Shown one piece after another: positions 47,163-56,321 of a stretch of DNA of 64,000 nucleotides. The stretch lies in contig CAZZGL010000001.1 of the NCBI GenBank assembly GCA_964654155.1, forward strand, positions 34,426-98,425, given 5' to 3'. The translations under genes were made by a program, and so were the position numbers. Under the pieces are notes generated by a model that worked only from the letters and a program-made list of their open reading frames with translations, did no database searches and was not told where the DNA came from. Source of the DNA: an uncultured Staphylococcaceae bacterium (GTDB lineage: Bacteria > Bacillota_I > Bacilli_A > RFN20 > CAG-826). How positions within the stretch are numbered: the stretch's first letter is position 1; each line of letters begins with the position of its first letter.

Positions 47163-48275
47163 ATGAAAAAAGTAATGATAGGACTCTCTGGTGGAGTTGA
47201 TTCCGCGGTTGCGGCATATTTATTAAAAAAAGAAGGCTATGATGTTGTTGCGGGCTTTATGCGTAATTGGGACGCAATTACTAATGGTGATTTTTTAGGT
47301 AATCCAACTTTAAATGATCCATGCTGTCCTCAAGAAGCAGATTACGAAGATGCAAAAAAAGTTGCGGAAATTCTTGATATTCCTCTTTATAGAATTGATT
47401 TTATCGAGGAATATTGGAATGAAGTTTTTACTTATTTTTTAGAAGAATATAAAAAAGGTAGAACTCCTAATCCTGATATTTTTTGTAATAAATATATAAA
47501 ATTTGATTCTTTTTTAGAATTTGCTAAGACAATGGGCTGTGAATATATTGCTACTGGTCATTATGCAAAAAGAATCATAAAAGATGGACATGTATTTTTA
47601 AAAAAAGCTTTTGATTTAAATAAAGATCAAACATACTTTTTATCGCAATTATCGGAAAAACAAATTTCTTCTTGCTTGTTTCCTTTAGGAGACATTGATA
47701 AGCCTGAAGTAAGAAGAATTGCCGAAGAATTAAATCTTCCAATTGCTAAAAAGAAAGATTCTACGGGAGTTTGTTTTATTGGAGAGCGAAAGTTTAAAGC
47801 GTTTTTACAAAATTATATTCCTGCATCAAAAGGTGATATTGTCGATATTGATACTGGTAAAGTTTTAGGAAGACATGATGGAGTTTTATATTATACATTA
47901 GGTCAAAGAAGAGGACTTGGTATAGGAGGTATATCCGGAACTACAAATCATTCATGGTTTGTATGTGATAAGGATGTTAAAAAGAATATTCTTTATGTTG
48001 CAAACGATCCTAGTAATGAGGCTTTATTAACTAATAGGGCTATTATTAATCAAGTAAACTGGTTATTAAACGAGGTTGAATTACCTCTTGCATGTAAAGT
48101 AAAATTTAGATATCGTCAAGAAGATTTAGGAGTTACAATTACTAAAATTACTAATGAAGAAATTGAGGTGGTTTATGATAAACCTTATGCTGCGGTTACA
48201 CCTGGTCAAGCAGCGGCTTTTTATCTAGATGACATCATGATTGGCGGAGGAATTATTGATAAAACCTTTAAATAA
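47163..48275 (+). CDS. mnmA: tRNA 2-thiouridine(34) synthase MnmA
   Basis: The start was moved to the ATG at 47163. PP-loop GLSGGVDS; catalytic Cys regions NPDIFCN and GVCFIGE. Confidence 0.9.
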   Translation: MKKVMIGLSGGVDSAVAAYLLKKEGYDVVAGFMRNWDAITNGDFLGNPTLNDPCCPQEADYEDAKKVAEILDIPLYRIDFIEEYWNEVFTYFLEEYKKGRTPNPDIFCNKYIKFDSFLEFAKTMGCEYIATGHYAKRIIKDGHVFLKKAFDLNKDQTYFLSQLSEKQISSCLFPLGDIDKPEVRRIAEELNLPIAKKKDSTGVCFIGERKFKAFLQNYIPASKGDIVDIDTGKVLGRHDGVLYYTLGQRRGLGIGGISGTTNHSWFVCDKDVKKNILYVANDPSNEALLTNRAIINQVNWLLNEVELPLACKVKFRYRQEDLGVTITKITNEEIEVVYDKPYAAVTPGQAAAFYLDDIMIGGGIIDKTFK

Positions 48276-48308
48276 TTGATAAAATTATTACATTAATTTT
48301 AATAAGAA

Positions 48309-48358
48309 AAAGCTGCTGTTTTATTAAAATAATCAATATGAAAAACAGGGCTTTTTTT
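48309..48358 (+). terminator. Probable terminator after mnmA
   Basis: AAGC-TG-CTGTTTT ... AAAACAG-G-GCTT imperfect stem followed by TTTTTTT. Confidence 0.6.
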
Positions 48359-48587
48359 AATGTTTTTAAGTTTATCATCATTTTTTTGATATTTTGTAAA
48401 TAATATTTTTTAGAAGTCAAAAAATTATTTTTTTAGGCTTTGAAAAATAGAATGATTAAACACAATTTTTTACATGTTCAATGAATTGTTTTTTTAAAAT
48501 TAATATGATAATATTAATTTGATTTTGGCTTTTGTAAAAATAAGTTAAAAGGTTAAAAAGTATATATGTATTGAGGAGGTAATTTTT

Positions 48588-50267
48588 ATGTCAACGAAAT
48601 CGTTTTATCCAATTAATGAAATAGGAAAAGGAAAGCCTGGTTTTGCTAAAACAAGATCTATTATTGAAGCGGCTTTTTATGGCAATAATGTCGTGAAAGT
48701 TAATTCTTTAAAAGAAGCATATAATTTAGCAAAGAATTCACCAGGTACAATAGTTACAGATATGCCAGTTTATAATCCAGAAGCGATAGGATTAGATACT
48801 GATGCAAAGGTGTTATTATTTAATGATGGTTCAATTACTGGTAGATACGCTGCCGCAAGAAGAATTCAAGGTGAACCAGGAGTAGATAGTGAAAAACTTG
48901 ATAAAATTTTAATGGATGCAGTATATGATACTCGTTATAAAAAAATGTATCATGCTGAAGCATATATTGGTTTAGATAAAGAGTTTATGGTTAAAGCTCA
49001 TTTGCTTATTCCAGAAGGTCAAGAAAATATTTTGTATAACTGGATGTTGAATTTCCAATATATTAACGATACATATTTAAAAATGTACAAAGATTCTAAG
49101 CCTATTGGTCATGAACCTGATATTTATATTTTCTCAGATCCAAGTTGGGTTGGTACTAACCAAACGGATGTCTGTGATGGAAAATGTTTAGCATATTTCT
49201 CAACTGAAACAAATTGCGCTGCAATATTAGGCATGAGATATTTTGGAGAACATAAAAAAGGTACATTAACTATTGCTTGGGCAATTGCTAATAGAAATGG
49301 ATATGCTTCATGTCATGGTGGACAAAAGGAATATACCTTAAGTGATGGTAGAAAATTTGTAGCTTCAGTATATGGTTTATCAGGAAGTGGAAAATCTACA
49401 ATTACGCATGCTAAACATGGCGGAAAATATGGAGTAAAAGTTTTACATGATGATGCTTTTATTATTAATACAGATACTTGTGCTTCTGTCGCTTTAGAAC
49501 CTTCATATTTTGATAAGACGGCAGATTATCCAACAGGTTGTCCAGATAATAAGTATCTATTAACTGTTCAAAATTGTTCCGCAACTCAAGATGAGAATGG
49601 AAATATTGTATTAGTAACCGAAGACATTAGAAATGGAAATGGTCGGGCAATTAAATCTAAACTTTGGTCTTTAAATCGAGTTGATAAATTAGATTCACCA
49701 GTCAATGCTATTTTCTGGATAATGAAAGATCCAACTCTTCCTCCTATCGTTAAGTTAAATGGTGCTTCATTAGCGGCAGTTATGGGAGCAACATTGGCTA
49801 CTAAGCGTTCATCTGCTGAAAGATTAGCTCCAGGAGTAGATCCTAATGCTTTAGTTGTTGAACCATATGCTAATCCGTTTAGAACATATCCACTTGCTAA
49901 TGATTATGCAAAATTCAAAAAGTTATTTGAAGAAAAGAATGTTGCTTGCTATATTATCAACACCGGTGATTTTATGGGTAAAAAAGTAACTCCAAAAGAT
50001 ACATTAGGAGTTATTGAAACGGTTGTTGAAGGAAATGCTGATTTTGTTAAATGGGGACCTTTCTCTGATATTGAAATCTTAAATTTAGAAGGATTTGTTC
50101 CAAATTTAGAAGATAGAGATTATGTAGAACAATTAAAAGCGCGTATGCTAGATAGAGCTAATTTTGTTAAATCTCGTGAAACAGTTAAAGGTGGATTTGA
50201 TAAATTGCCAACCGATGCCTTAGAAGCAATTGAAAAAGTTGTTAAAGAAGCAAATTCAATTAAATAG
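48588..50267 (+). CDS. pckA: Phosphoenolpyruvate carboxykinase (ATP)
   Basis: GAGGAGG RBS; 559 aa; kinase-1a P-loop GLSGSGKST; PckA-like overall sequence. Confidence 0.9.
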   Translation: MSTKSFYPINEIGKGKPGFAKTRSIIEAAFYGNNVVKVNSLKEAYNLAKNSPGTIVTDMPVYNPEAIGLDTDAKVLLFNDGSITGRYAAARRIQGEPGVDSEKLDKILMDAVYDTRYKKMYHAEAYIGLDKEFMVKAHLLIPEGQENILYNWMLNFQYINDTYLKMYKDSKPIGHEPDIYIFSDPSWVGTNQTDVCDGKCLAYFSTETNCAAILGMRYFGEHKKGTLTIAWAIANRNGYASCHGGQKEYTLSDGRKFVASVYGLSGSGKSTITHAKHGGKYGVKVLHDDAFIINTDTCASVALEPSYFDKTADYPTGCPDNKYLLTVQNCSATQDENGNIVLVTEDIRNGNGRAIKSKLWSLNRVDKLDSPVNAIFWIMKDPTLPPIVKLNGASLAAVMGATLATKRSSAERLAPGVDPNALVVEPYANPFRTYPLANDYAKFKKLFEEKNVACYIINTGDFMGKKVTPKDTLGVIETVVEGNADFVKWGPFSDIEILNLEGFVPNLEDRDYVEQLKARMLDRANFVKSRETVKGGFDKLPTDALEAIEKVVKEANSIK

Positions 50268-50275
50268 GTGGTTTT

Positions 50276-51661
50276 ATGGGTGTTAAAATTGTTGAAACAA
50301 GTTTACGTGATGGGCACCAATCTTTATTTGCAACAAGAATGACAACTGATGAGGTTGTGTCTTTAGCAAAAATACTTGATAATGCTGGATATTATGCATT
50401 AGAAGTATGGGGTGGAGCAACATTTGATTCTTGTATGAGATTTTTAAATGAAGATCCTTGGGAAAGATTAAGAAAAATAAAAGCAGTTTGTAAAAAGACT
50501 AAATTACAAATGTTGCTAAGAGGACAAAATTTATTAGGTTATCGCCATTATTCAGATGATGTAGTTGATATGTTTTGTCGTAAGTCGATTGAAAATGGTA
50601 TAGATATTATTCGTGTTTTTGATGCATTAAATGATATTCGAAATTTAAAACAAGCGGTGTTATCAACTAAAAAATATGGTGGAGAATGTCAAATTGCATT
50701 GAGTTATACTACTTCACCAGTTCATACGATTGATTATTATGTTTCTTTAGCTAAAGAAATTGAAACTCTTGGAGCGGATTCTATTTGTATTAAAGATATG
50801 GCAGGAGTTTTATTACCTGAAGATGCTAAAAAATTAATAAGCGCTTTAAAGAAAAATACTAAGTTGCCGATTGAACTTCATTCTCATTGTACAGGTGGAA
50901 TTTGTGAAATGACATATATGGCGGCGATTAATGCGGGATGCGATATTATCGATTGTTGCTTATCTCCTTTATCAGGTGGTACAGCCCAACCATCAACACA
51001 AGCATTTAATGTATCTTTAAAGGGAACTAAATACGATCCTAAACTTGATATGAATTCTTTGCATTTAGCAGAACCAGTTATGGAAAAAATAAAAACAAAG
51101 TACTTGGAAAATGGGTTATTAAATCCAAAAGCATTATCTGTAAATCCAAATATTTTAACTTATCAAGTTCCAGGAGGTATGTTATCTAACTTGATGAATC
51201 AATTAAAAGGGCAAAACGCACTTGATAAATATGATGAGGTTTTAAGAGAAATTCCACGCGTTCGTAAAGATATGGGATATCCTCCATTAGTTACACCTTT
51301 ATCACAAATGGTTGGTACACAAGCTGTATTAAACATTGTGATGAAAGAAAGATACAAGGTAGTGGCAAAAGAAATCAAAGAATATCTACATGGTCGTTAT
51401 GGTAAATGGCCTTCAGCAGTCGATGAAGAAATAAAAAATAAAATAATTGGTAATGATGAAGTCATTACTTGTCGACCAGCTGATTTATTAGAACCTGAAT
51501 TTGATTTGCTAAAGGAAAAGTATAAAAGTATTGCTAAATGTGATGAGGATGTCTTATCATTAGCCCTTTTTGAAAAAGTAGCAGTTGATTTTTTAAATAA
51601 AAAGTATCATGAAACTTCAAATGATGAAGATGAAGTTGAAGAATTTAATATATTTTTTTAA
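50276..51661 (+). CDS. oadA: Oxaloacetate decarboxylase alpha subunit, carboxyltransferase domain only (no fused biotinyl domain)
   Basis: HMGL-like carboxyltransferase motif ETSLRDGHQS. The 461 aa end without an AMKM biotinyl module. There is an 8-nt gap after pckA. Confidence 0.85.
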   Translation: MGVKIVETSLRDGHQSLFATRMTTDEVVSLAKILDNAGYYALEVWGGATFDSCMRFLNEDPWERLRKIKAVCKKTKLQMLLRGQNLLGYRHYSDDVVDMFCRKSIENGIDIIRVFDALNDIRNLKQAVLSTKKYGGECQIALSYTTSPVHTIDYYVSLAKEIETLGADSICIKDMAGVLLPEDAKKLISALKKNTKLPIELHSHCTGGICEMTYMAAINAGCDIIDCCLSPLSGGTAQPSTQAFNVSLKGTKYDPKLDMNSLHLAEPVMEKIKTKYLENGLLNPKALSVNPNILTYQVPGGMLSNLMNQLKGQNALDKYDEVLREIPRVRKDMGYPPLVTPLSQMVGTQAVLNIVMKERYKVVAKEIKEYLHGRYGKWPSAVDEEIKNKIIGNDEVITCRPADLLEPEFDLLKEKYKSIAKCDEDVLSLALFEKVAVDFLNKKYHETSNDEDEVEEFNIFF

Positions 51662-51676
51662 TAGGAGCTAGAAAAA

Positions 51677-52012
51677 ATGAGATATATAGATATAAGTTTT
51701 TTAAGTGGAATTATAGATGGAAATGCTAGACATGATTATGGAAGTGGCGTGATTGTTTGTCTTATTTCGATATTAATGGTTTTTTTAGTCTTATTTGTTA
51801 TCATCGGTATAAGTGCTGGTGTTTCAAAGATTATTGATAAATTTCTTAAAAATGAAGCTATTAGCAATGATGATAATAAAGAAGAAAAAGAGTCATTAGA
51901 AATCGATGTAAATGATGAAGATCAAATGGTGGCTATATTAGTTAGCTCAATCGATTATCGTAATGAAATAAAAAAAGATGTTAAGGTTGCAAGAGTAAGA
52001 GAGGTTAAATAG
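51677..52012 (+). CDS. oadG: Small single-TM subunit, OadG-like (gamma)
   Basis: 111 aa with one hydrophobic helix and an acidic tail. Its position between the carboxyltransferase and BCCP/beta subunit is the main evidence. Confidence 0.5.
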   Translation: MRYIDISFLSGIIDGNARHDYGSGVIVCLISILMVFLVLFVIIGISAGVSKIIDKFLKNEAISNDDNKEEKESLEIDVNDEDQMVAILVSSIDYRNEIKKDVKVARVREVK

Positions 52013-52014
52013 CT

Positions 52015-52356
52015 ATGAAAGTATATAAAGTAAAAGTTAATGGAAAATTATTCGAAGTAGAACTTGAAGCAGTCAGTGAAGAAAATGGAACAATTAAACA
52101 AGAAAATTCAACTGTTTCTACTAGCACTTCGACATCTTCAGATGGAACAAAGATTGTTGCTCCGATATCTGGAAAATTGCTTGAAATGAAAGTTAAAGTT
52201 GGAGATAAAGTTTCTAAAGGACAAATCATTGCGGTTATTGAAGCAATGAAACTTGAAAATGAAGTACCATCAACTGCAGAAGGAACTGTTATTAAAGTTT
52301 TATATAATGCAGGAGCTTCTATAAATACCAACGATGTATTAATTGTACTAGGATAA
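52015..52356 (+). CDS. Stand-alone biotin carboxyl carrier protein (biotinyl domain)
   Basis: Biotin attachment motif EAMKLENE (AMK[LM]) in a lipoyl/biotinyl fold preceded by a Ser/Thr linker. Confidence 0.8.
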   Translation: MKVYKVKVNGKLFEVELEAVSEENGTIKQENSTVSTSTSTSSDGTKIVAPISGKLLEMKVKVGDKVSKGQIIAVIEAMKLENEVPSTAEGTVIKVLYNAGASINTNDVLIVLG

Positions 52357-52359
52357 TTT

Positions 52360-53556
52360 ATGGAAAAAATATTAGAAATATTAAAAAAGTTCTTTGAAAG
52401 TATTGGATTTATCAGTTTCTTCCGTGGTGATGGATGGATGAATTTAGTGATGATCCTTATAGGCTGTTTATTTTTGTTTTTAGCAATAAAAAAGAAATTC
52501 GAACCTTATTTATTGATTCCAATTGCTTTTGGAATAATTTTAACAAATATACCTGGTTCTGGTGTCTTTGTAAAAAAAACAGTTGTTGATTCAGCAGGAA
52601 ATGTTGATTATCAATATTCTGGATTAATAGGATATTTGTATTACGGGGTTAAATATGAGATTTATCCTTGTCTTATTTTCTTAGGTATAGGCGCCACAAC
52701 AGATTTTGGACCTTTAATTGCTAATAAGAAAACAATGTTGCTTGGGGCCGCAGCACAAGTTGGCATATTTGCAGCTTTCTTCTTAGCGTTATTATTAGGA
52801 TTTAATGCATTTGAAGCTGCTTCAATAGGCATAATTGGAGGAGCAGATGGACCAACAGCCATATTAGTTTCTTCAAGAATGTTAAGTGCTTCTGGTGGTG
52901 ATTCCTTAGGACTTCAAGCTCCTATCGCTTTAGCGGCTTATTCTTATATGGCTTTAGTTCCGGTCATTTTCCCACCAATTATTAGATTATTCACAACTAA
53001 AAAAGAAAGACAAATTAAAATGGAACAATTAAGAGAAGTATCTAAAACTGAAAAGATTCTTTTTCCAATTATAGTAACTTTAATTGTCTGTTTGATTGTT
53101 CCTGATGCCACTCCATTAATTGGTTGCTTAATGCTCGGTAATTTAATTAAAGAGTCAGGTGTTGTTCCAAATCTTGTTAATACAGTTGCTAATTCCTTAC
53201 TATACATTTGTACAATTTGTTTAGGTTTATCGGTTGGTGCCACCGCGATTGGTACTACTTTCTTAAAATTAGAAACATTAAAAATTTTTGCTTTAGGTAT
53301 TTCTGCATTTATCATTTCAGCAATATTTGGTCTTTTAGGTGGAAAACTAATGTGTGTCTTGACAAAGGGAAAAGTTAATCCAATGATTGGTGCGGCTGGT
53401 GTTTCAGCGGTTCCGATGGCGGCAAGAGTGGTTCAAAAAGAAGGACAAAAAGAAGATCCTTCTAATTTCTTATTAATGCATGCGATGGGACCAAATGTTG
53501 CAGGTGTTATTGGAAGCGCTGTAGCGGCTGGTATTTTAATGGCAATTTTCTTATAG
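52360..53556 (+). CDS. oadB: Na+-translocating decarboxylase beta subunit (OadB family)
   Basis: 398-aa polytopic membrane protein with OadB/GcdB/MmdB-like regions (GGADGPTAI, MIGAAGVSAVPMAARV). Confidence 0.85.
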   Translation: MEKILEILKKFFESIGFISFFRGDGWMNLVMILIGCLFLFLAIKKKFEPYLLIPIAFGIILTNIPGSGVFVKKTVVDSAGNVDYQYSGLIGYLYYGVKYEIYPCLIFLGIGATTDFGPLIANKKTMLLGAAAQVGIFAAFFLALLLGFNAFEAASIGIIGGADGPTAILVSSRMLSASGGDSLGLQAPIALAAYSYMALVPVIFPPIIRLFTTKKERQIKMEQLREVSKTEKILFPIIVTLIVCLIVPDATPLIGCLMLGNLIKESGVVPNLVNTVANSLLYICTICLGLSVGATAIGTTFLKLETLKIFALGISAFIISAIFGLLGGKLMCVLTKGKVNPMIGAAGVSAVPMAARVVQKEGQKEDPSNFLLMHAMGPNVAGVIGSAVAAGILMAIFL

Positions 53557-53557
53557 T

Positions 53558-54271
53558 ATGAAAATAATTCATTTTAAGAAAGTTGATTCAACATCTACTT
53601 ATTTAAAAAGAAATTATCAAACTTTAAAAAACTATACGATCGCATATGCTGATTATCAAACATCAGGTCATGGACGAGTTAATAGAGTTTGGCAAAGTAA
53701 TAATAAAGAAAATTTATTGTTTTCGATATTGATTAAAGATGCAAATTTAATTAATAAATATGCTTCATTATCTTTAGGTATTGCAGTTGCGATATTTAAT
53801 GTTTTAAAGAAAATGAAAATTGAGAATGTTTCAATTAAATGGCCTAATGATGTGTATGTTGATAATAAAAAAATATGTGGCATTCTTCTTGAAAGCATTT
53901 CAACAGGTAATAAGATTGATGTTTTAGTAATTGGTGTAGGATTAAACATTAATCAAAAAGTATTTGATGAAACTTTGGTAAAAGCCACTTCTATATTTAA
54001 TATTAAAAAGAAAAAAACAAATATATTTTGGTTCAAATATAAAGTGTTTAAGGAATGTTTTAGAATAATTGATGAAATAAAGAATAATAATTATTCGTAT
54101 TTAGAAATTGCAAGAAATAATGATTATTTAAAAAATAAGGAAGTTTATGCAGTAATTGATAACAAAAAGTGTCTGGTTAAAGTCATTGACATAAACGATG
54201 ATAACTCTTTAAAGGTTATTATTAATAATGAAGAAATTAATCTTACAAGTGGTGAAATTTCTTTTCATTAA
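53558..54271 (+). CDS. birA: Biotin-[acetyl-CoA-carboxylase] ligase, class I (no HTH domain)
   Basis: The GHGRVNRVW motif is a GRGRxxRxW variant. The KWPNDV motif is present. The gene starts 1 nt after the oadB stop. Confidence 0.85.
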   Translation: MKIIHFKKVDSTSTYLKRNYQTLKNYTIAYADYQTSGHGRVNRVWQSNNKENLLFSILIKDANLINKYASLSLGIAVAIFNVLKKMKIENVSIKWPNDVYVDNKKICGILLESISTGNKIDVLVIGVGLNINQKVFDETLVKATSIFNIKKKKTNIFWFKYKVFKECFRIIDEIKNNNYSYLEIARNNDYLKNKEVYAVIDNKKCLVKVIDINDDNSLKVIINNEEINLTSGEISFH

Positions 54272-54295
54272 TGGTAAATGCTGTTAAGAATCTAG

Positions 54296-54625
54296 TTAAT
54301 TTAGATTTTTAATAGCTTTTTTTATACTGATGCATAAAGCTAAATACAGCTCAAATTTAGATATATTGCTTATAAAGTTATTAATGTAATAAATAATAGT
54401 AAGTTTGATAACGTGTTCTTCTTTTATTACAGAATTTTTTTTCATTAACATTCTTTTAAAGTTAGATAAGATTGTGTGACATATCCGTATTTTAAATAAG
54501 ACATATTTAATGACAACAAAAGATTTAATTATTTTTTCGTTTTCATCTTTTCGCATTTTTATTTTATGAATGAATAAGAAAAAAAGATTAATATGAGACT
54601 TTGCTTTAAAGATTGTTCGTAACAA
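54296..54625 (-). CDS. Doubtful hypothetical ORF in an AT-rich islet
   Basis: The open frame is the only evidence. It has extreme Ile/Lys/Asn/Phe composition, no RBS and no family recognised, so it may be non-coding. Confidence 0.15.
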   Translation of the reverse strand: MLRTIFKAKSHINLFFLFIHKIKMRKDENEKIIKSFVVIKYVLFKIRICHTILSNFKRMLMKKNSVIKEEHVIKLTIIYYINNFISNISKFELYLALCISIKKAIKNLN

Positions 54626-54713
54626 TTGGGAGAAAATGATAATGTTTGAAGTAATTAGTAAATATTAAATAATTAATAAATGAATCAAGAAAACATTTGG
54701 TTTCTTATGTAAA

Positions 54714-55041
54714 TACAACATATTATTTAACTATTGGAATATTGAAAAAAGATTGTTGAAGAGCAAGATGGTAGTTTTAAGACTAAATACTGTGATAGAT
54801 TAATTGTGGAACTATTAAAACAAATGACTTTTGTTTTTGGAAAAGGTTTTGATGAAAGAAATTTAAGGAAAATTTGATAATTCTATTTAATGCATTCAAT
54901 TTGGGACTCAGTGAGATCTGAATTAACTTGAATTCATTATAATATCTTTGTTTCTAAATATATACTTATATGCCAATAGAAGAAGAATTAAAAATGGTTA
55001 TTAATGAAGAAATGAGACTGATTGAGGAACATAAGATTTAA
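54714..55041 (+). pseudogene. Decayed remnant of a DUF1016/YhcG-type PD-(D/E)XK nuclease gene
   Basis: Three frame fragments resemble the family. They are YNILFNYWNIEKR, then EEQDGSFKTKYCDRLIVELLKQMTFVFGKGFDERNLRKI**FYL...SVRSELT*IHY after a frameshift in an A-run, and a C-terminal end YMPIEEELKMVINEEMRLIEEHKI*. There are in-frame stops at 54875-54880 and 54929-54931, and the central nuclease core is missing. Confidence 0.6.
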
Positions 55042-55137
55042 AAAAATAATAGAAACTTGTAAGGGTACTAAGATAATAAATTACTGAATGATAAGAGTGA
55101 AAAATGTATGTATTTACTTATTATCTTCTATTAAATT

Positions 55138-55169
55138 GCAAAAAAAATGAAGCAGTTTAGTGCTTCATT
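55138..55169 (-). terminator. Rho-independent terminator of the minus-strand msmK gene
   Basis: AATGAAGCA-GTTTAG-TGCTTCATT forms a perfect 9-bp stem. It is preceded on the + strand by A8, which is a U-run in the minus-strand transcript. Confidence 0.65.
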
Positions 55170-55181
55170 TAAAGTGGATAA

Positions 55182-56249
55182 TTAATAAATACCTTTTTCT
55201 GTATCAATATCAAAGAATCTCAATTCATCTGTTTCAAAAGACAAATAGACTTTTGAATGCGGCTTAACCTCAGTTTTTGCGGTGACTTTAAAGCAAAATT
55301 TGGTATCGCTTAATGAAGAATGAATAATTAATTCACTGCCAAGTAATTCAACAATTTCTGCTTCTGCTTCTATGCCAGATTCGGCAATATGAATATATTC
55401 TGGACGAATACCAATATTTATCTCTTTTCCTTCATAAGAAGATAATGCTTGGAGTTTATCTTTAGAAACTTCAACAATGTTTCCACCGATATTTACCTTG
55501 CCACTGCTATAAGTTCCTTTAAAGAAATTCATTGATGGAGCGCCGATAAAACCTCCAACGAATTTATTTGCTGGATAAGCAAATATTTCTTTAGGTGTGC
55601 CGATTTGTTGAATATAACCATCTTTCATAACAACAATTCTAGAAGCCATGGTCATAGCTTCGGTTTGGTCATGAGTAACATAAATTGTTGTTGTTTGCAA
55701 TCTTTCATGAAGTTTAATGATTTCACTTCTCATTTGAACTCTTAATTTAGCATCAAGATTTGATAAAGGTTCATCCATTAAGAATATTTTTGCATTTCTA
55801 ACAATAGCTCTTCCTAAGGCAACGCGTTGACGTTGACCTCCAGATAAAGCTTTAGGCTTACGATTTAGATATGGAGTTAATTCAAGAATTTCTGCTGCCT
55901 CACGAACTCTTCTATCGATTTCATCTTTAGGATAATGTCTCATCATTAATCCAAAGGCCATATTTTTATAGACGGTCATATGAGGATAAAGAGCGTAGCT
56001 TTGGAAAACCATAGCAATATCTCTATCTTTTGATAAAACATTATTTGATAATTCACCATCAATATATAATTCACCAGCAGTAATATCTTCTAGTCCCGCG
56101 ATCATACGGAGGGTGGTTGATTTGCCACATCCTGATGGTCCAACAAAAACAATAAACTCTTTATCTTTGATTTCTAAATTAAAGTCAAAAACTGCTTGAA
56201 CTTTGTTTGGATAAACTTTATTAATTTTCTTTAAAACAACATTTGCCAT
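55182..56249 (-). CDS. msmK: MsmK/MalK/UgpC-type multiple-sugar ABC ATPase (canonical length)
   Basis: GAGGTGA RBS; [18 protein letters not shown] and IFLMDEPLS; C-terminal TOBE-like regulatory domain; 355 aa. Confidence 0.9.
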   Translation of the reverse strand: MANVVLKKINKVYPNKVQAVFDFNLEIKDKEFIVFVGPSGCGKSTTLRMIAGLEDITAGELYIDGELSNNVLSKDRDIAMVFQSYALYPHMTVYKNMAFGLMMRHYPKDEIDRRVREAAEILELTPYLNRKPKALSGGQRQRVALGRAIVRNAKIFLMDEPLSNLDAKLRVQMRSEIIKLHERLQTTTIYVTHDQTEAMTMASRIVVMKDGYIQQIGTPKEIFAYPANKFVGGFIGAPSMNFFKGTYSSGKVNIGGNIVEVSKDKLQALSSYEGKEINIGIRPEYIHIAESGIEAEAEIVELLGSELIIHSSLSDTKFCFKVTAKTEVKPHSKVYLSFETDELRFFDIDTEKGIY

Positions 56250-56321
56250 TTACGTCACCTCATTTATATTTTTGAAAGGCATAAGATTGATTTCTCATGC
56301 CTTAGTTTTAAATTAATAATA

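Noticed and set aside
50276-51661. The carboxyltransferase could be the B subunit of a two-subunit pyruvate carboxylase rather than OadA.
   Set aside because: No biotin carboxylase (PycA/AccC) gene is in the operon. A Na+-pump beta subunit and a small gamma-like subunit are fused into the same tight operon, which favours the decarboxylase assignment.
54875-54931. A TGA sits at a position where the DUF1016 family has Trp (ELT-TGA-IHY). This raised the idea of Mollicutes-type TGA=Trp decoding.
   Set aside because: Several strong genes in the window terminate at TGA (for example the flavoprotein gene ending at 24629). The same pseudogene also contains TAA and TGA at Gln and Arg positions, plus frameshifts. 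Decay explains it better than recoding.
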